Positions 62,579 to 64,000 of a DNA stretch of 64,000 bases are shown here, one piece after another. Positions within the stretch are counted from its first letter, which is position 1. The number at the start of each line of letters is the position of its first letter. Origin of the DNA: Malacoraja senta (lineage: Eukaryota); the NCBI GenBank assembly GCA_038087875.1, contig CM075995.1, forward strand, positions 2,420,001-2,484,000, written 5' to 3'. A program made the position numbers and the translations under genes. The notes below the pieces were generated by a model. That model searched no databases. It saw only the letters and a program-made list of their open reading frames with translations, and was not told where the DNA came from.

Positions 62579-63130
62579 CGGGCCTGTCCCACTTGGGCGA
62601 CCTAATCCGCGAGTTCTGGCGAGTTTGCCCTCGACTCATACTCGCAGCATGGTCGTCACGAGGTCGTAGGAGGTCTTCGTAACTCTCCTTCATGCTCGAG
62701 AGTGGTCTCCGCGTACTCGAGGCCTCAGCAAGGTCGCGGCATTTTTTTCAATATGTCAAAAATTGCCCGCAAGTAAAAAAAGGTCGCCATGGAAAAAATC
62801 AATACTTTTTTTACTCGTAGGTTTAGTCGTAGTAGGTCGTAGTAGGTCGCAGTAGGTCGGCATGTTAGTCGTAGGTAATCGAGGGTAGTCGTAGATAGTC
62901 TTCATCATAATCGAAGGGAGGTCGAAGGAGATCCAAGGAGGTCGTCTTCACTCTCCACTATTCGCTGTCCAATTTTCCCGAAGTTAGTTGTAGCTAGTCG
63001 TAGCTAGTCGAAGCTGGCTTCAACATAGTGGAAGGAGGTCTTCTACATAGTCGAAGGAGGCCTTCAACATGTCATTTTTTCAAACTCTTCCAAACTCGCC
63101 AATTAGGTCGCCCAAGTGGGACAGGCCCCT
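62579..63130. mobile_element. PIF/Harbinger-like MITE (longer subfamily) inserted in a CR1 tail
   Basis: TIR GGGCCTGTCCCACTTGGGCGACCTAAT; TTA duplicated; internal gtcgtagtag repeats. Confidence 0.85.
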
Positions 63131-63489
63131 TTAAGCTTTCTCCCTCTTACCTTAAAGCTAAGGTCTCTATCCTCTCCAATAGCTACCCTAGAATAAAAAC
63201 ATCCTTTATCACTGCCGTATATTTTCTGCAAAGACTCTCTAAATTTACATTTTATACTTTAACAATGCATTTATTCTACCCTCTGCCTGCTTTCAGAGTA
63301 ACCGGCCTTTCTTCAGTACCAAGATAAAATACCATGAATAAATAGCGCAAGATGGACAATAGAGAAATGATGAATCAGGATATTATATCTTCGTCTGAAT
63401 CTATAAAAATCTTCATGAAAGGTTTGAGTTTGCATTTGTTGTAAAATTACAGTGTTGTTATGGTTTAGTGCAAGAAGATCCAATCACGA

Positions 63490-63803
63490 CAGCACGGTGG
63501 CGCAGCGGTGGAGTTGCCGCCTTACGCCATATGCCTTAAGACCCGGGTACGATCCAGACTACGGGTGGTGTCTGTACGGAGTTAACGTTCTCCCTGTGGG
63601 TTTTTGGCCGAGATTTTCTGTTTCCTCCCACACTCCAAAGACGTACAGGTTGTCGGTTAATTGGTTTGGTACAAATGTAAATTGTCCCGAGTGTGTGTAG
63701 GATAGTGTTAAAGTGCGGGATCGCTGGTCGATGCGGACCCGGTGGGCCGAAGGGCCTGTTCTGTGCTGTGTCTCTAAACTAAACTAAACTAAACTACACT
63801 AAA
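63490..63803 (+). mobile_element. V-SINE (HE1-like)
   Basis: Head, core and (CTAAA)n tail. Confidence 0.85.
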
Positions 63804-64000
63804 CAAGTTACATAATGCATCAAAACATGCCAGCTTTGATGTCATTTGTAAAGGGTTTGATGTTTTTGATTATAGTCAAGGAACATAGAACAGAACAGCA
63901 CAAAAAACAGGCCCTTCAGCCCTTAATCTCTGGGGGGGAACATGATGCCAAGTTCAAGTAATCTCCGAACAACGAATACTTGTTTTTGGTCCGCCAAGGC

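Noticed and set aside
62815..63070. CRISPR-like or satellite array
   Set aside because: Short irregular repeats without unique spacers, inside a TIR-bounded MITE in a vertebrate genome.
1..64000. Host protein-coding exons
   Set aside because: No ORF outside repeats resembles a recognisable protein. Small exons cannot be excluded without transcript data.

Overview
Vertebrate, repeat-saturated, non-coding region (intron or gene desert). The repeat families (tRNA-headed V-SINE/HE1-type SINEs with CR1-derived tails, many CR1 subfamilies, Penelope-like elements with minimal hammerheads, Rex1/Babar, DeuSINE remnants) point to a cartilaginous fish, probably a skate (inference). No host protein-coding exon could be supported; all credible ORFs belong to retroelements. 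Highlights: (1) a near-full-length Hero-type RLE non-LTR retrotransposon (about 27530-31296, minus strand). Its 3' UTR holds a complete hammerhead catalytic core whose three strands lie in a non-circularly permuted, pseudoknotted order, together with a consensus kink-turn; its 5' end can form an H-type pseudoknot. (2) A young 5'-truncated L1 with an intact 2-kb frame, flanked by a perfect 142-bp target-site duplication (TSD). (3) Many small inverted Penelope-derived inserts with 12-31 bp TSDs, plus several MITE families (Harbinger-, hAT-, Sola-like), a Helitron-like end and a Vingi-like short element. Repeat family names are from pattern recognition, not database searches, and boundaries of degenerate repeats are approximate.
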